NCBI RefSeq assembly: GCF_006345805.1
Contig: NW_021833669.1
Location: forward strand, 1 to 60,202
DNA length: 60,202 nt
Direction: 5' to 3'
DNA from: Octopus sinensis
Taxonomy: Eukaryota
Under the pieces are notes generated by a model. The model saw only the letters and a list, made by a program, of their open reading frames with translations. It had not been told where the DNA came from and searched no databases. Positions within the stretch are counted from its first letter, which is position 1. Each line of letters starts with the position of its first letter. This document shows positions 11,918-24,663 of the stretch, piece by piece. The translations under genes were made by a program, and so were the position numbers.

Positions 11918-11947
11918 TACTAACAATGCGCCCCGGCGTTGCCCGGG
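11918..11947 (+). mobile_element. Helentron/Helitron2-like 5' terminus fragment
   Basis: TACTAAC.....CCCCGGCGTTGCCCGGG resembles the ACTAG..CCCGGCGTTGCCCGGG subterminal palindrome; no partner end found. Confidence 0.4.
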
Positions 11948-12084
11948 TGTTATGACCTACAGTCACATTGTATTATGGGCAGAATCGGCACACGTGGAGT
12001 ATGAAGCAAACAACTCTTCTTTATAAACATGTTTTTCGGTCATTTTCAGATGAACAACGCTGCAGTTTCCGTGAACCAAATTCA

Positions 12085-12212
12085 GTCACAAGTCTGTGGT
12101 TAGCCAAGGGCTATAGTAGGAAACACTTGCCCAAGGTACTATGCAGAAAGACTGAACGTGGAACCACGTGGTTGGGAAGCAAACCTCTCAACCACATAGT
12201 CATTCTTGCACC
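12085..12212 (-). mobile_element. CORE-SINE 5' part, diverged
   Basis: AAACACTTGCCCAAGG..GACTGAACGTGGAACCACGTGGTTGGGAAGC. Confidence 0.8.
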
Positions 12213-13191
12213 AAATGTGTTTGGGTGTGTGTAGGTGTGTGTGCTTACATTTGTTGTTAAATCGAGTATTGTGTCCCACTTTGTCTCAAAGTTAGCAGTT
12301 CATCAAGCAGAGTTCTATACAATAAATGTTATATTCAAATATGAACTGAGGTCAATTAAATTTTTGAAGGTGATAACCCATTATAGCGACAGTCGAAAGA
12401 CTAAACCCAGTGAAATAATGTTTAAAGACTGCATAGCTTCAAATTTAAGGAATTGGATTACTAACCCCAAGATAATGAATGAGGTCCAAACCTCATAATG
12501 AATGAGGTCCAAACCTCCCACTCTATACGATAACACTATATTTACATCTCAGTCTACTTGACTTCCAATAATTAACGATTTTAATTTGAAGTTGAATGGT
12601 TAGCAGTAAGAAAGATGTCCAGATTTCTTTAAAATTATTGTACAAAATATTCTGAGATAAGGTATTTTTTCACAACAAAACACACACTCACACACACACA
12701 CACACACGCACGCATGCACACACACACACACACTCACATACACATAGATGCGTCTGTGGTAACTTGAGCTACTACAAATAGCAGCCAAATCCCTCTTAAA
12801 ACACACCCTTTCATCAAAAGCTAGACTCAGATTTACAGCAATTCAGGAAGAAAAAAAAAGCGATTGGACTGCTACATCAGAGGCAACTCTGTACTAAATC
12901 AAACACAGACAAATATACTTCATTTAAAGATTATCTGCTAAATAATACCAATAAAGCTGGCGCTATATCTTCGAAGTTTCATTCCCGGTAAATTCCCTTC
13001 GCTAATGACCTCAAAATTCTGCGACCCAAGTTAGTTTTCGAGGTTATTTTTGTTGTAAAAAGCAGTTGTGCAAAAAACATACTTTATTTGGTAGTCGAAA
13101 AATTAATAAATCTTCTGATACCTCATACGTCAAAATCGGCAACTCAGTTTTCGAATCCATAAGAATACACACATACACACTCCATTTCATA

Positions 13192-13240
<49 letters not shown>
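13192..13240. repeat. (TTA)n, the 3' flank/tail of the Dong element
   Basis: Direct sequence. Confidence 0.97.
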
Positions 13241-13243
<3 letters not shown>

Positions 13244-14728
13244 TAGTTTTATTTTTATAGCGTGCTTTCACTTCACTACCGAGCACAGCTCTGTGTGCCT
13301 TGGGTATGTGCTGTGATTTGTTGTGATGCTCTGATGGTTATTGTATGGAAAGTGTTCTGCTTAGGATGTGTGCAGTGCCTAGTAGTGCAATTTTCTGTAT
13401 GTTATATGTGTTTGTAAGTCCTGGTGTTTTTGTTATGTATTTGTCTGAATATTTTTTTATCATGCCTAATGCACCTACTATGATAGGAATTGTTTCTGTT
13501 TTCAGATTCCACATTCTAGTTACCTCTATTTCCAGGTCTTTGTATTTTGAGAGTTTCTCCATTTCTTTTAGAGACACGTTGTCATCAGCCGGTATTGATA
13601 CATCAATTAGAAAGCATTTTTTTTCTTCATGATCTCTGACAACTATATCTGGTCTGTTGGCCTTAATTTCTCTATCTGTGTGTATCGGCATATCCCAGAG
13701 TATGGTTGCGTTCTCGTTTTCTGTGACCTTTTCTGGTGTGTGCCTATACCATCTTTTTTCTGTTGTTATTCCATAATGTTGGCATAGCTTCCAATGTATG
13801 TAGGTCCCAACTCTGTCATGTCTGTGAATATATTCCTTCTTAGCCAGGACTGGGCAGCTAGAGATAATATGATTTATTGTTTCTTGTCCATCTCCACATA
13901 TTCTGCAGTTACTTGTAATATTTGTTTTCATTACATGTTTTTGGTGATTTCTGGTGGGGAGGCTTTGGTCTTGTGCTGCAATTAAAAATCCCTCTGTTTC
14001 TGCTTTGAGTCCTGAGCTTCTCAACCATTGCTGGGATTTTTCTTTGTCTATTTCTTTTGCGTTTAGTTTAGTCCAGTATTTACCATGAAGGGGCTTTTCT
14101 TGCCATCGTTTTATCATGGTTCGTTGCTGTTCTATTTTTAGTTTGGATTTCATTTGTTTTATAGCTTTTGTTTGTTTCTTCATCTTCTTCTTTTTCTTCA
14201 TGTTTATTAGGTGGTATGATTTCTTGTTTGTATTTGTCAGCTTCCTTAAATACTGAGAACAGTTTTTTGTTTTGCTCGTGTTTTGCCGCTATCTCTGGAT
14301 CAGTTTTCCTTCCTTCTGAAGTAGATATTTTTGCAGTCCTATGGTGGTTATTTTATAGTAGTTTTCCAGCTGTATAAGGCCTCTACCACCTTCTATACGT
14401 TGTATATATAGTCTTTCTCTGTCAGATTTTGGGTGATGCATCCTAGATCCTGTCATTATTTTTCTTGTTTTCCTATCTATTTTGGTCAGTTCATTTCGTG
14501 TCCAGTTAAGGATATTGTAGCTGTAACTTATAACTGGGACAGCTAAAGTGTTGATACCTATTATCTTGTTTTTAGCATTGAGCTCTGTGTTTAGTATTGA
14601 TCTAACTCGTCTATAATATTCTTTTTTTATTTCTCTTTCATTTGTGTGTGTTGTGTCTTATCTAGTTCATGGATTCCTAAGTATCTGTAAGTTTGGCTTT
14701 GGTCTAATTCTTTTATTTCATTGGTTTT
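13241..14728 (-). mobile_element. 5'-truncated Dong/R4-clade non-LTR retrotransposon
   Basis: Minus strand encodes the RT end (QTYRYLG; NKIIGINTLAVPVISYS; LYIQRIEGGRGL), a CCHC knuckle (CRICGDGQETINHIISSC) and a REL endonuclease (NRPDIVV..LIDVSIP..EK..KYKDL). ORF 13338-14201, a ~95 bp 3' UTR, and at least one frameshift near 14630. Confidence 0.93.
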
Positions 14729-14747
14729 ATTATTATTATTATTATTA

Positions 14748-14833
<86 letters not shown>

Positions 14834-14850
14834 ACTATTATTATTATTAG
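14729..14850. repeat. (TTA)n with TCA variants, the 5' flank of the Dong element
   Basis: Direct sequence. Confidence 0.97.
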
Positions 14851-14859
14851 GCATATGCT

Positions 14860-15330
14860 TATACTTATTCTCTATTCAATTTACTATTATTACTATTTTT
14901 TAATTTTATTCTAATTGTACTTATTCAACGTGTATTTAACTCTGTGCTGGCAAGAAACTCCTCTTTCTCTCATGCTGTTGATCAATTTACGCTTCGATGT
15001 GATGATATGGAATATTTCTTCCACGCACAAGTCACACCTCTTAGCCTCAGCGCCATAGGATTTAGCCCAACTAATTACTTCCCACTTCAGCTTATAATCC
15101 TTATTTTTTTCTTTTAACTGTAGCTCTTCAGTGAAGACCTTGCAGGACACATAATCAGCATAACCAGACGCAAAACGTCTCCACGAAAGAGAACATGCAT
15201 AAAGTTACGCCAATTGTGTATCAAAAATCTCTATCCAAATGTCTAAATGCTGGTGAACCAAACCGTCTTCTTCTAGCATATTAGAAATCCACCTTGGTGG
15301 CTATTGCTCTAATTTATATATGTAATATCA
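14860..15330 (-). mobile_element. Penelope-like element, GIY-YIG C-terminus with CxxC...CxH tail
   Basis: LKEKNKDYKLKWEVISWAKSYGAEAKRCDLCVEEIFHII...LINSMRERGVSCQHRVKY (ORF 14911-15150). Confidence 0.8.
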
Positions 15331-15469
15331 TTCATAGTCTTCAGACATTTTTAAATATGCTAGCCACAGGTTTGAATTAATTTTAATAAATAATATTAAT
15401 TTCCAACCTTATTATTTAACTTATACACACCCACACGCACACACACACACACGCACACACACAAACACG

Positions 15470-15675
<206 letters not shown>

Positions 15676-16020
15676 GATGGATATACATATTTATATATAT
15701 ATGTAGAAAGAGACAAAAGTGACAGAGGGTGCTGACTATAAGAATTAAAACAACTCAAAAGCCACAACGCATTATCTTAATTGTGCCTTTAGGTTCAAAT
15801 TTCTAATAAGGCACCCACATAATTTGTTGTATATATGCAGCACGGACTTTGTCAGTGAACTGGTCATGGTCTGAAAGCGACGAAAATATTTTGGCAAATT
15901 ACATTTAGATGCTGATGTGAATCTAACGGTTTTTGTGTGTTTTTTTAATGGCTTATAAACATCTGACACGCTGCTAATATTTTTGCTTCAGATCAGGACA
16001 CTTGCCATGCAAGTACATCT

Positions 16021-17030
16021 CCGCAATATATATAATAGATATATAATTATATATATATAGAATATATATATATATATAAGATGAATGTTTTTATATATAA
16101 TGAACGTGAAATACAGGAAGGGACGAACACGGAACACAGACAAATCATTCGAAGCCTTCATTCAGTCAGACACCGAATCATCATAGCAAATTTCGGCTGT
16201 TCAATTCTGATATTGCTCCAATCGGCCAGCCCCAGAAAAAAAAAAATAAGCTGTAAGCATTAGATTTGGTAGAAGACAGGAAGGATGTGAACGCACAAGA
16301 CGGATGTGAATACAAGAGACGAAAACGAAATTGAAAACAGTAATGAATAAACAAAATATATATACGGTGGTTGTCATACGACTTAGACAAATGAGACAGA
16401 AACAACAACAACAACATAGCTGGCGTAGAAATAATACCGTTTCGGTAGCGGGGACACATGTTGGTCGAGATACGAAGGCCAACAGAATGGTTTAAAAGCA
16501 GCAGGTCGCAGGAGAGAGAGGAACGAGAGACAGAGAGAGAGGGAATCAAAGAGGGTGGAAGGCAGGGACAGAATCAGTGACCAGAGAAAGGAGGAAAGAA
16601 GGATTAAGGAGGATGGGAGGAAGAGGGGAGGAGGATGGGAGAAGAGAGGGGGAAGAATCGGAGGGCGCCAAAAAGTTTGGTGAAGAAGCAATGGCGGGTA
16701 GTAAAAGACAGGTGTATAGAAATCGTGCAGGGTTTAAAATTGGACAAACAAACGGGGGGGGGGGGGTCACGTAACGCCGCAATAATATAAGAATGAATGT
16801 TTTTATATATAATGAACGTGAAATACAGGAAGGGACGAACACGGAACACAGACAAATCATTCGAAGCCTTCAATCTTCAGTCAGACACCGAATCATCATA
16901 GCAAATTTCGGCTGTTCAATTTGATATTTGCTCCAACTCGGCCAGCCCCAAGAAAAAAACTAAGCTGTAAGCATTAGATTTCTTGGTAGAAGACAGGAAT
17001 GGAACGCACAAGACGGATGTGAATACAAGA
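16021..17030 (-). mobile_element. Non-coding repeat family X, copy with terminal direct repeats (16021-16317 and 16777-17030)
   Basis: CCGCAATA..GAATGTTTTTATATATAATGAACGTG...GATGTGAATACAAGA occurs twice in the same orientation, 756 bp apart, around a ~460 bp purine-rich (plus strand) core. No coding capacity. Confidence 0.85.
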
Positions 17031-17047
17031 TTTATATATATATATAT

Positions 17048-17640
17048 GCCTTTCTTACTTTGCACTTCACTGACCCTGCCTTTCTTTAGTCCCGCCAATT
17101 CTTGCCACGCTCTCTTTCTTCTCCCTCTCTTTAATTCCTTCTTTCTCCTTTTCTCTCTCTTCTCTTCTCCCGTGACCGCCGGTCAACTACAGCCTTTCGG
17201 CTTCTGACCAGCGCCAGAACAACACCGATTTCTTCGTCTGCCGTAAGTCATTATTTGTCTAACACGCCAGCTAATTTGAATTGTCTAAAGTCGAAAGACG
17301 CCTGTTGTTTTTGTCCTGTTATTATTATTATTAATATTATTATTATTGCTTTTTGTATTTATATTCGTATTACTTTTTGTTTTTTGTATTTAATTTCGTG
17401 TAACATCGTCTGTTTTTCTGTCCTTGTTTCGCATACATTCGATCCTTTTTCCAAAAAATCTAATGCTCGTAGCTTAGTTTTTCCTGGGGCTGGCCAGATC
17501 GGAGCAATCTCAAGATTAATCTGCCGAAATTGCGAGGATGATCCGGTTCTTGACTGAAGATTAGAGGCTTCGAATGACCCGCCCGTTTTCGTATCGTCTA
17601 TTTGAATGTTTTGCGTTCTTGTCCCATTTTGTATTTTTAT
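17048..17640 (+). mobile_element. Non-coding repeat family X, second subfamily, head-to-head with 16021-17030
   Basis: Shares CGTGACCG, GCCAGCT..GTCGAAAGAC, AATCTAATG..AGCTT and GGGGCTGG..GCCGAAATTGC..GACTGAAGA..CTTCGAATGA with the other copies. Confidence 0.8.
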
Positions 17641-17664
17641 ATATATTTTTATACATACATACAC

Positions 17665-17698
<34 letters not shown>

Positions 17699-17847
17699 GT
17701 GTGTGGAGAGAAAGAGAGGGGGGAGAGAAAGAGAAAGAAAGAAAGAAAGAGAGAGAGGGAAAGAGAGAGGGAGAGGAGATACAGATTACAGATAGAGAGA
17801 CAGACAGACTGACAGACAGACAGACAGACACAGACAGACAGATAGAC

Positions 17848-17921
<74 letters not shown>

Positions 17922-18084
17922 GCATACATACTAATATACAAAGGTAGAAATATTTGTGTACATATATATAACAACATAAATGTGTATCTGTGTGCGTAGA
18001 TATTTTTGTATGTATGTATACACACACACACGCACACACACACATTCACATATATATACGTGTGTGTGGAGGTACATGTATATA

Positions 18085-18125
<41 letters not shown>

Positions 18126-18622
18126 GTGCATGTATATATACGTAGCTACGTACTTATGTACGTATGTATGTACGTACGGATGTGTGCGTGCATGTATGTA
18201 TGTACGTATGTATGTATTTAGCTATATACCTCATTTACACGAGTGTATATACATTGATAACATGACAAAAAATCAAACAGAAAAGAGAACGTGCTTGATG
18301 TGACAAACGGCACACCACACACACATACACAAAAACACACATAGACACACACACGCACACACTTACACACACATACATGCAAACACATACACTCACATAC
18401 GCTTATACATCCACATATATACACATACTAACATCGCCATATTGAGAGCCACAACATATCCTTATGATAGCCTCAGTGCACTTTCGCTGACGAGTTAATC
18501 TTGCTCTATCAGACGACTGACAGTTTTGCTTCCTTAATAGTTCCACATACATTCACCTGTTGTATGGGCTGTTTTTCTTCATATTCTTCAGTTTTAGGGC
18601 CTTCATCATTACAATAGTTCAA

Positions 18623-19515
18623 ATGGCGGCGAGCTGACAAAATCATTAGTGCGTCGGGCAAAAATATTTTGCGTCATTTCTTCGGTTCTACGCTCTAAGC
18701 TGAAATTCCGCCGAAGTCGATTTTTTCCTTTCATCCTTTCAGAGTCGATAAAATAAGTCCCAGTTAATCACTGGAGTCGATGTGATCTGATACAAACTAA
18801 TATTTATATCAGATAGTGCAGTGAGCTGGCAGAATCGTGAGCATGTCGGGCAAAAATGTTCTGAATTCAAATTTTGCCGAAGTCAACTTTGCCTTTCATC
18901 GTCTTGGAATCGTTAAAATGAGTATCAGTTGAATACTGGGGTATATGTAATCGACTTAACCCGCACTCGAAATTGTTGACGTTCTGCTAAAATTTGATAC
19001 CAATATTTATATCAGATAAGGCGGTGAGCTGGCAGAAAGGTTAGCATGCCGGGCAAAATGCATAGCGGGATTTCTTCGGCTCTTTATGTTCTGAGTTCAA
19101 ATTCCGCCATGGTCCACTTTGCCTTTCATCTTTTCGGGATCGATAAAATAAGTACTTATCTGACGAACACTAAGGATCAATGTAATCGACTATCCCCTAC
19201 TCCCAAAATTACTTGCCTTTTGGCCAAACTTGAAATCATTATTAGCGCACTGGCAGAATCGTTAGCACGCCGGGCGAAATGCTTAGCAGTATTTCGTCTA
19301 CCGCTACGTTCTGAGTTCAAATTCTGCCGAGGTCGACTTTGCCTTTCATCCTTTCAGGTTCGATTAAATAAGTACCAGTTACGCACTGGCGTCAATATAA
19401 TCGACTTAATCCGTTTGTCTGTCCTTGTTTGTCCTCCCTGTGTTTAGCCCCTTGTGGGTAGTAAAGAAGTAGGTATTCCGTCCGTCCTTATGTTCTGTGT
19501 TCAAATTCCACCGAT
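18623..19515 (+). mobile_element. Head-to-tail array of 4-5 Deu/Nin-domain SINEs
   Basis: Repeated heads GGCGGTGAGCTGGCAGAA at ~18625, ~18817, ~19020, ~19247. The first four are each followed by GTCGACTTTGCCTTTCATCC-like cores; a partial head fragment lies at ~19485-19512. Confidence 0.9.
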
Positions 19516-19519
19516 GTGT

Positions 19520-19670
19520 GTGTATGTATGCGTGTATATATATATATATGTGGATATATATCTATTATATGTATATATATATATATATCTATATATATAT
19601 ATATATATATTAATCTATATATGTGTGTGTGTGTGTTGTGTGGTGGTGTGTGTGTGTTATATATATGTAT

Positions 19671-19702
<32 letters not shown>

Positions 19703-19709
19703 TTATATA

Positions 19710-19785
<76 letters not shown>

Positions 19786-19880
19786 TGTAAATATATATAT
19801 ACATATATATTTACATACATACATATATATATATATATCACACAGACACACACACACACGCACATATATATATATATCGA
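19520..19880. repeat. Compound (TA)n/(TG)n/(CA)n tract
   Basis: Direct sequence. Similar tracts occur at ~21570-21930, 22140-22335, 22690-22940, 23690-23870, 27760-28060, 28330-29310, 33830-34250, 38210-38390, 49940-50130, 53450-53720 and 55080-55400. Confidence 0.97.
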
Positions 19881-21426
19881 TAGATGGAGAGATAGATTTA
19901 CATACAAATATACTCGCATATATGCGTGCTAGGCTGCTTACTCTTATGATTTAATTCCATTACTCTCTCAATTACTTACACTGACTCCCAAACTCTCAAA
20001 TATTTCCTTCTCTTCCTTTCTGTCTAAGTATAAAATAACCTCTAAAATTGTCTTTCTAGCAAAATTTGCTTCCACCTTTTTTTATCTATTCTCCAAGTTT
20101 GCTCTCGACAAGTACACATTTTCAATATGGTACATGAATTTGTTTCCCTCTTTTACAATTGCTATCAATCCTTGGTTTCGTTCAGTTATTCTCTATACTG
20201 CTGTTAGTATATTAAACTAGTTATCTGCTTGACTTCCTGTCTCGATAGTTGGCTGATTTGCTGGTCATTTCCTTCTTTCTTCACTCCCACCTATGTCAGA
20301 CTATCATCAATTTTTATATTTAATGCTTTCTCTTTATATTTTCCTGTTTCCCCCCTTCCTCTCTCAGCACAGCCACTGCTTTCTCTTTCAATATCCTAAC
20401 AGAGCGCAGAGTAAAAACAACCAGCAATATAGGGATATTAGCTATGGCGTTGGGTTTAATAAGCAATATATGTGTGGGTGTATCCACGTCTGGTGTGCGT
20501 GCGGGTATGTGTGCATGTGTGTACGTGTGTCGGTTTGCTTCCGCAAACAGAATAGATTAGAACTCAAACGTAAGTAAATATATTTTTCTCTTATTTTTTA
20601 TAGGTATAAAATACAAAGTGACTCAAAAACTGAGAATTTCGCGAGTGGCACTTATCAGGAGGGAGAGAGAGAGGGAGAGAGAAATCAACAAAACACAAAT
20701 TGGTTTTAGGTTTCAAGTTAAATACCATATTGTAGATAAGTTCTTGATATGTACAGGGTAGTTGGATGAACGAAAGGGTAACAGTTGACATAGCATGATA
20801 TACGCCAATGAAATCCGTTCATAAGTTCAGTATACAAGGGAGGGTAGGAGATGATAATAGGTTGGGATACGAGTAAACCTAATCCTAGATATAATAATCT
20901 TTATTACTTTCGGGAAGAAATTTGTAAATACCACCTCATTAGGGATGGTATGTGATATAGAAATACCATAAGATTTAGACTAAGAGAATCTAATAAATAG
21001 CCAAATCTGAAAGATTGCGCGTATGTAAATGCGATTATAGATGTAGACTGATATGTGATGAGTGCAAATATATGTACTTGTGCGCAAAATAAATTTATGC
21101 ATATATATATATATATACTATATATATATATAATATATATAATATATATATATATATATAAGAGACCAAAGTGTACGTACGCCGTTATATGTATATAAAA
21201 ATGAATAGTCTAGGTGTGTGTGTATGATGTATGTATGTGTATATGTATATATATGTGTGTGCGTATACACACAAGAACACACACGTTTATCCATATGTAA
21301 GTATGTGTGCGTGCACGTACATAATATTTATGCTTGTGTTTGTTTACAAAAAACATAAATGCATGCAATAAATGTACGTGAATACGTGTTTGTATACATA
21401 TGTATGTATATATGTATTTATGTATG

Positions 21427-21458
<32 letters not shown>

Positions 21459-21587
21459 CATGTATGATTTTGCATGTGCATAAGAACGTTATCTTATAGT
21501 CACAAAATGTATACAAACACAATAAACTCGTACAGATAGAAAAAAATAAGCATATAAAATATATTTATGTGTAAATATATATTTATA

Positions 21588-21648
<61 letters not shown>

Positions 21649-21893
21649 CGTAGGTATGTATATGCAGCATGTATTATTAGATACACACACTTATGTGTGT
21701 GGGTGTGAGTGAGTGATATCCTAATATATATGTAATGGGCATTATGTACGTGGACATAGAGATTTCTGTTTAACTTATGTGTACGCATTTAATTATTTAT
21801 CTAAACACTCACAAACGCATGACAATGTAGATGCTTATTTTACATGTTTGGTTTGTATTCATTCACAAAGCATTGTTTGTCTGTCTATATCAA

Positions 21894-21936
<43 letters not shown>

Positions 21937-22171
21937 ACGGAGAGAGGAAGGGCCGAAAGAGAAAGTGAAGGATAGACAGTTATAGATATACATATGTATA
22001 CGTAGATAGAGTAAATAGATGCACATACGCAGGATTGTATAAACACACGTATGTGTATATCCTTATACACACAATTATATGTATATAAATATACATTCAT
22101 ATAAGCACACACTCAAATACATACGCACGCACGCACATATATATAGTGTGTTTGTATATATATATACATAT

Positions 22172-22233
<62 letters not shown>

Positions 22234-22278
22234 GTATATGTATATGTATATATGTATATATATATATGTATGTATATG

Positions 22279-22316
<38 letters not shown>

Positions 22317-22349
22317 ATATATATTATATATATACATTAAAAAATTCAA

Positions 22350-22665
22350 GATTGGTAGACGGAGGAAACTGAAAGAAGCCCTGTATGTATAATGTATGTG
22401 TGTGTGTTTGTTTAAGACCCTGTAACGTAGCGGTCAGCAGAAGAGTCGAAAGAATAAGTACCGAGCTTGAAAAATAAGTACTGGTGTCGATTCCTTCGAT
22501 TAAAAATTCAAGGTGGTGCCCCAGCATGGCCGCAGTCTAATGATCAAAACAGCTAAAAGATAAAAGATAAAAGATAAAAGCTATACGGTTCTAGGTTCAA
22601 TCACACTGCGTGGCACCTTGGGCAAATATTTTCTACTATAACATTGGGCCGACCAAAGACCGTCT
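22350..22665 (+). mobile_element. CORE-SINE body/tail (22350-22580) followed by a second CORE-SINE head (22582-22665)
   Basis: GGTAGACGGAGGAAACTGAAAGAAGCCC...CCCCAGCATGGCCGCAGTC..(AAAAGAT)n, then CACTGCGTGGCACCTTGGGCAAAT. Confidence 0.8.
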
Positions 22666-22908
22666 GTCATTATATGTCTGTGTGTGTGTGTAAACATATA
22701 CATACATACATACATACATACAGACATACATACATACATATATTATATATATAATATATATATATATATATTATATATATATATATATATAGATATATAT
22801 ATATATTATATAATTATACATATATATATATTATATATATATATTATATATAATATATATATATATAATATATACATATATATATATAATAATATATATA
22901 TGAGCATC

Positions 22909-22939
<31 letters not shown>

Positions 22940-23738
22940 AACATGTTTACAGTATATTTACGGTCACACGCACATCTCTATATAACAATGGATGCATACA
23001 AATCTGTGTGTGTCCGTTTAAGTTTACCACGTTCCATTTATGCGTATGTTTGAGGCAATAAAACCGGAAGGAATGAGATAACGTGATTATATCAAGCATA
23101 CGATACTCTATCATATCTCACAGTACTGTGCTATATCATATATCACACAAACACAGCGTATTCAATGACCTTATGTGCATATAAACGGGGACCTATCCCC
23201 CTGATGTATATCACTGATGCCCATAGTTTATATTCCACTAGTGAATATCACCAGTGTTGTTGTTGTGTTGTTGTTGGTGGTGGTGGTGTGGTGGTGGTGC
23301 TTCTGCTGCTGCTGCTGATAGTGAGAGTTATGGAGGGATTGGTAGTTCTTTTTTGTTGATGTTTCATTTTTTAGTTTGTATTTCTTCTTGAAATATTATT
23401 AATCTAATTGTTTTCATATCCGATTTGAAGAGATGTTCGAAGGAGGAGGTGGAAAAGAAAGAGAGAGCGAGGGGGTAGTGGAGAAGATATATGCGTATGG
23501 GAGGATGGGTAGAGGAAGGAGGACGTGATGCTGCTGATGGTAGTCGTGGAAGGTGGTAGCAGTGACGATGGTGAAGAAAAAAATTGTAATAACTAGGATT
23601 TCTACATTAGACCAACACCAATACACTCGTTCAGACAGACAGACACATACTCACAGGCACACGCGCATACATAACCATACACATATACATACATACATAC
23701 ATACATACATACATACATTACATACATACATACATACA

Positions 23739-23838
<100 letters not shown>

Positions 23839-24099
23839 TATATTATATATATATACATACATAACATATGTGTATGCATGTTTCTGTTTCTGAGAGCAAG
23901 TGTGTACACATAAATGCATGTAGTTAGATAGATATAGACAACTTTATACATATATCAAATTATATTTATATAGATTCATCATATACACGCACATATACAT
24001 ATACGTAAACGCTAAATTAAGGCTGTTATTCTAAAGCAGGTTTAAGAAAAACAACAGAATATTTACTGATGGGGAGACTCATATTTATTACAGATACAA

Positions 24100-24663
24100 A
24101 TTTATCATACACAGACACAGACACAAACCTTATACATATACAGTAAATTATGTTCCGTGGCCAAAGACAGAATACTCAGTACAACTGTCGGCAGTCAGGC
24201 CAAGAAAGAAAGGTCATGGCTGGCCGGACACCGGTCACGTGGAAGGAGGAGAGATGTGTAGGGGGCAGCGGGATTGAAGGATTAGAAAAAGAATCAGAGA
24301 CCAAAAAAAAAAGGTACAGGGGAGATAAATGAGTGGGAAATAGTGGAAGTTAAAGAAAGAGAGGGCCAAGAAATGTGAGTGGGAGAGGCGAGAAAAAGGA
24401 AGAAAAGTGAGTGGGGGAATAAAAGAGAGAGTAGAGTCGTACAAAAATTATAGCGTGAGGACAAGGGTGTACGTACGCCGCTACATATATATACATATAT
24501 ATGAATGGAACAAAACACAATTGAGGGCATTAAAACGTTCGGACAGATAGACGATACAAAGGCCGACAAGAGAAACGACAATTAGAAAGACAGGCAAAAC
24601 AGACGGGTCATTCGTGCCCTTCTTTCTTCAGTCAAGTACCAGAAGTGATTACCATTTCGGGCA
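24100..24663 (-). mobile_element. Non-coding repeat family X, diverged copy
   Basis: Minus strand: CCGAAATGG..CTTGACTGAAGA..CGAATGACCCGTC, then GCGGCGTACGT, a pyrimidine tract and CACGTGACCG, in the same order as the other copies. Confidence 0.65.

Noticed and set aside
12472-12517. Perfect 23-bp tandem duplication ATAATGAATGAGGTCCAAACCTC x2 (similar small duplication at ~36030-36076)
   Set aside because: Only two adjacent units with no spacer; ordinary slippage, not CRISPR-like.
19454-19954. Many YI/CV/HT/LS-repeat ORFs throughout the window
   Set aside because: Translations of (TA)n, (TG)n, (CA)n, (GA)n and (GATA)n microsatellites.
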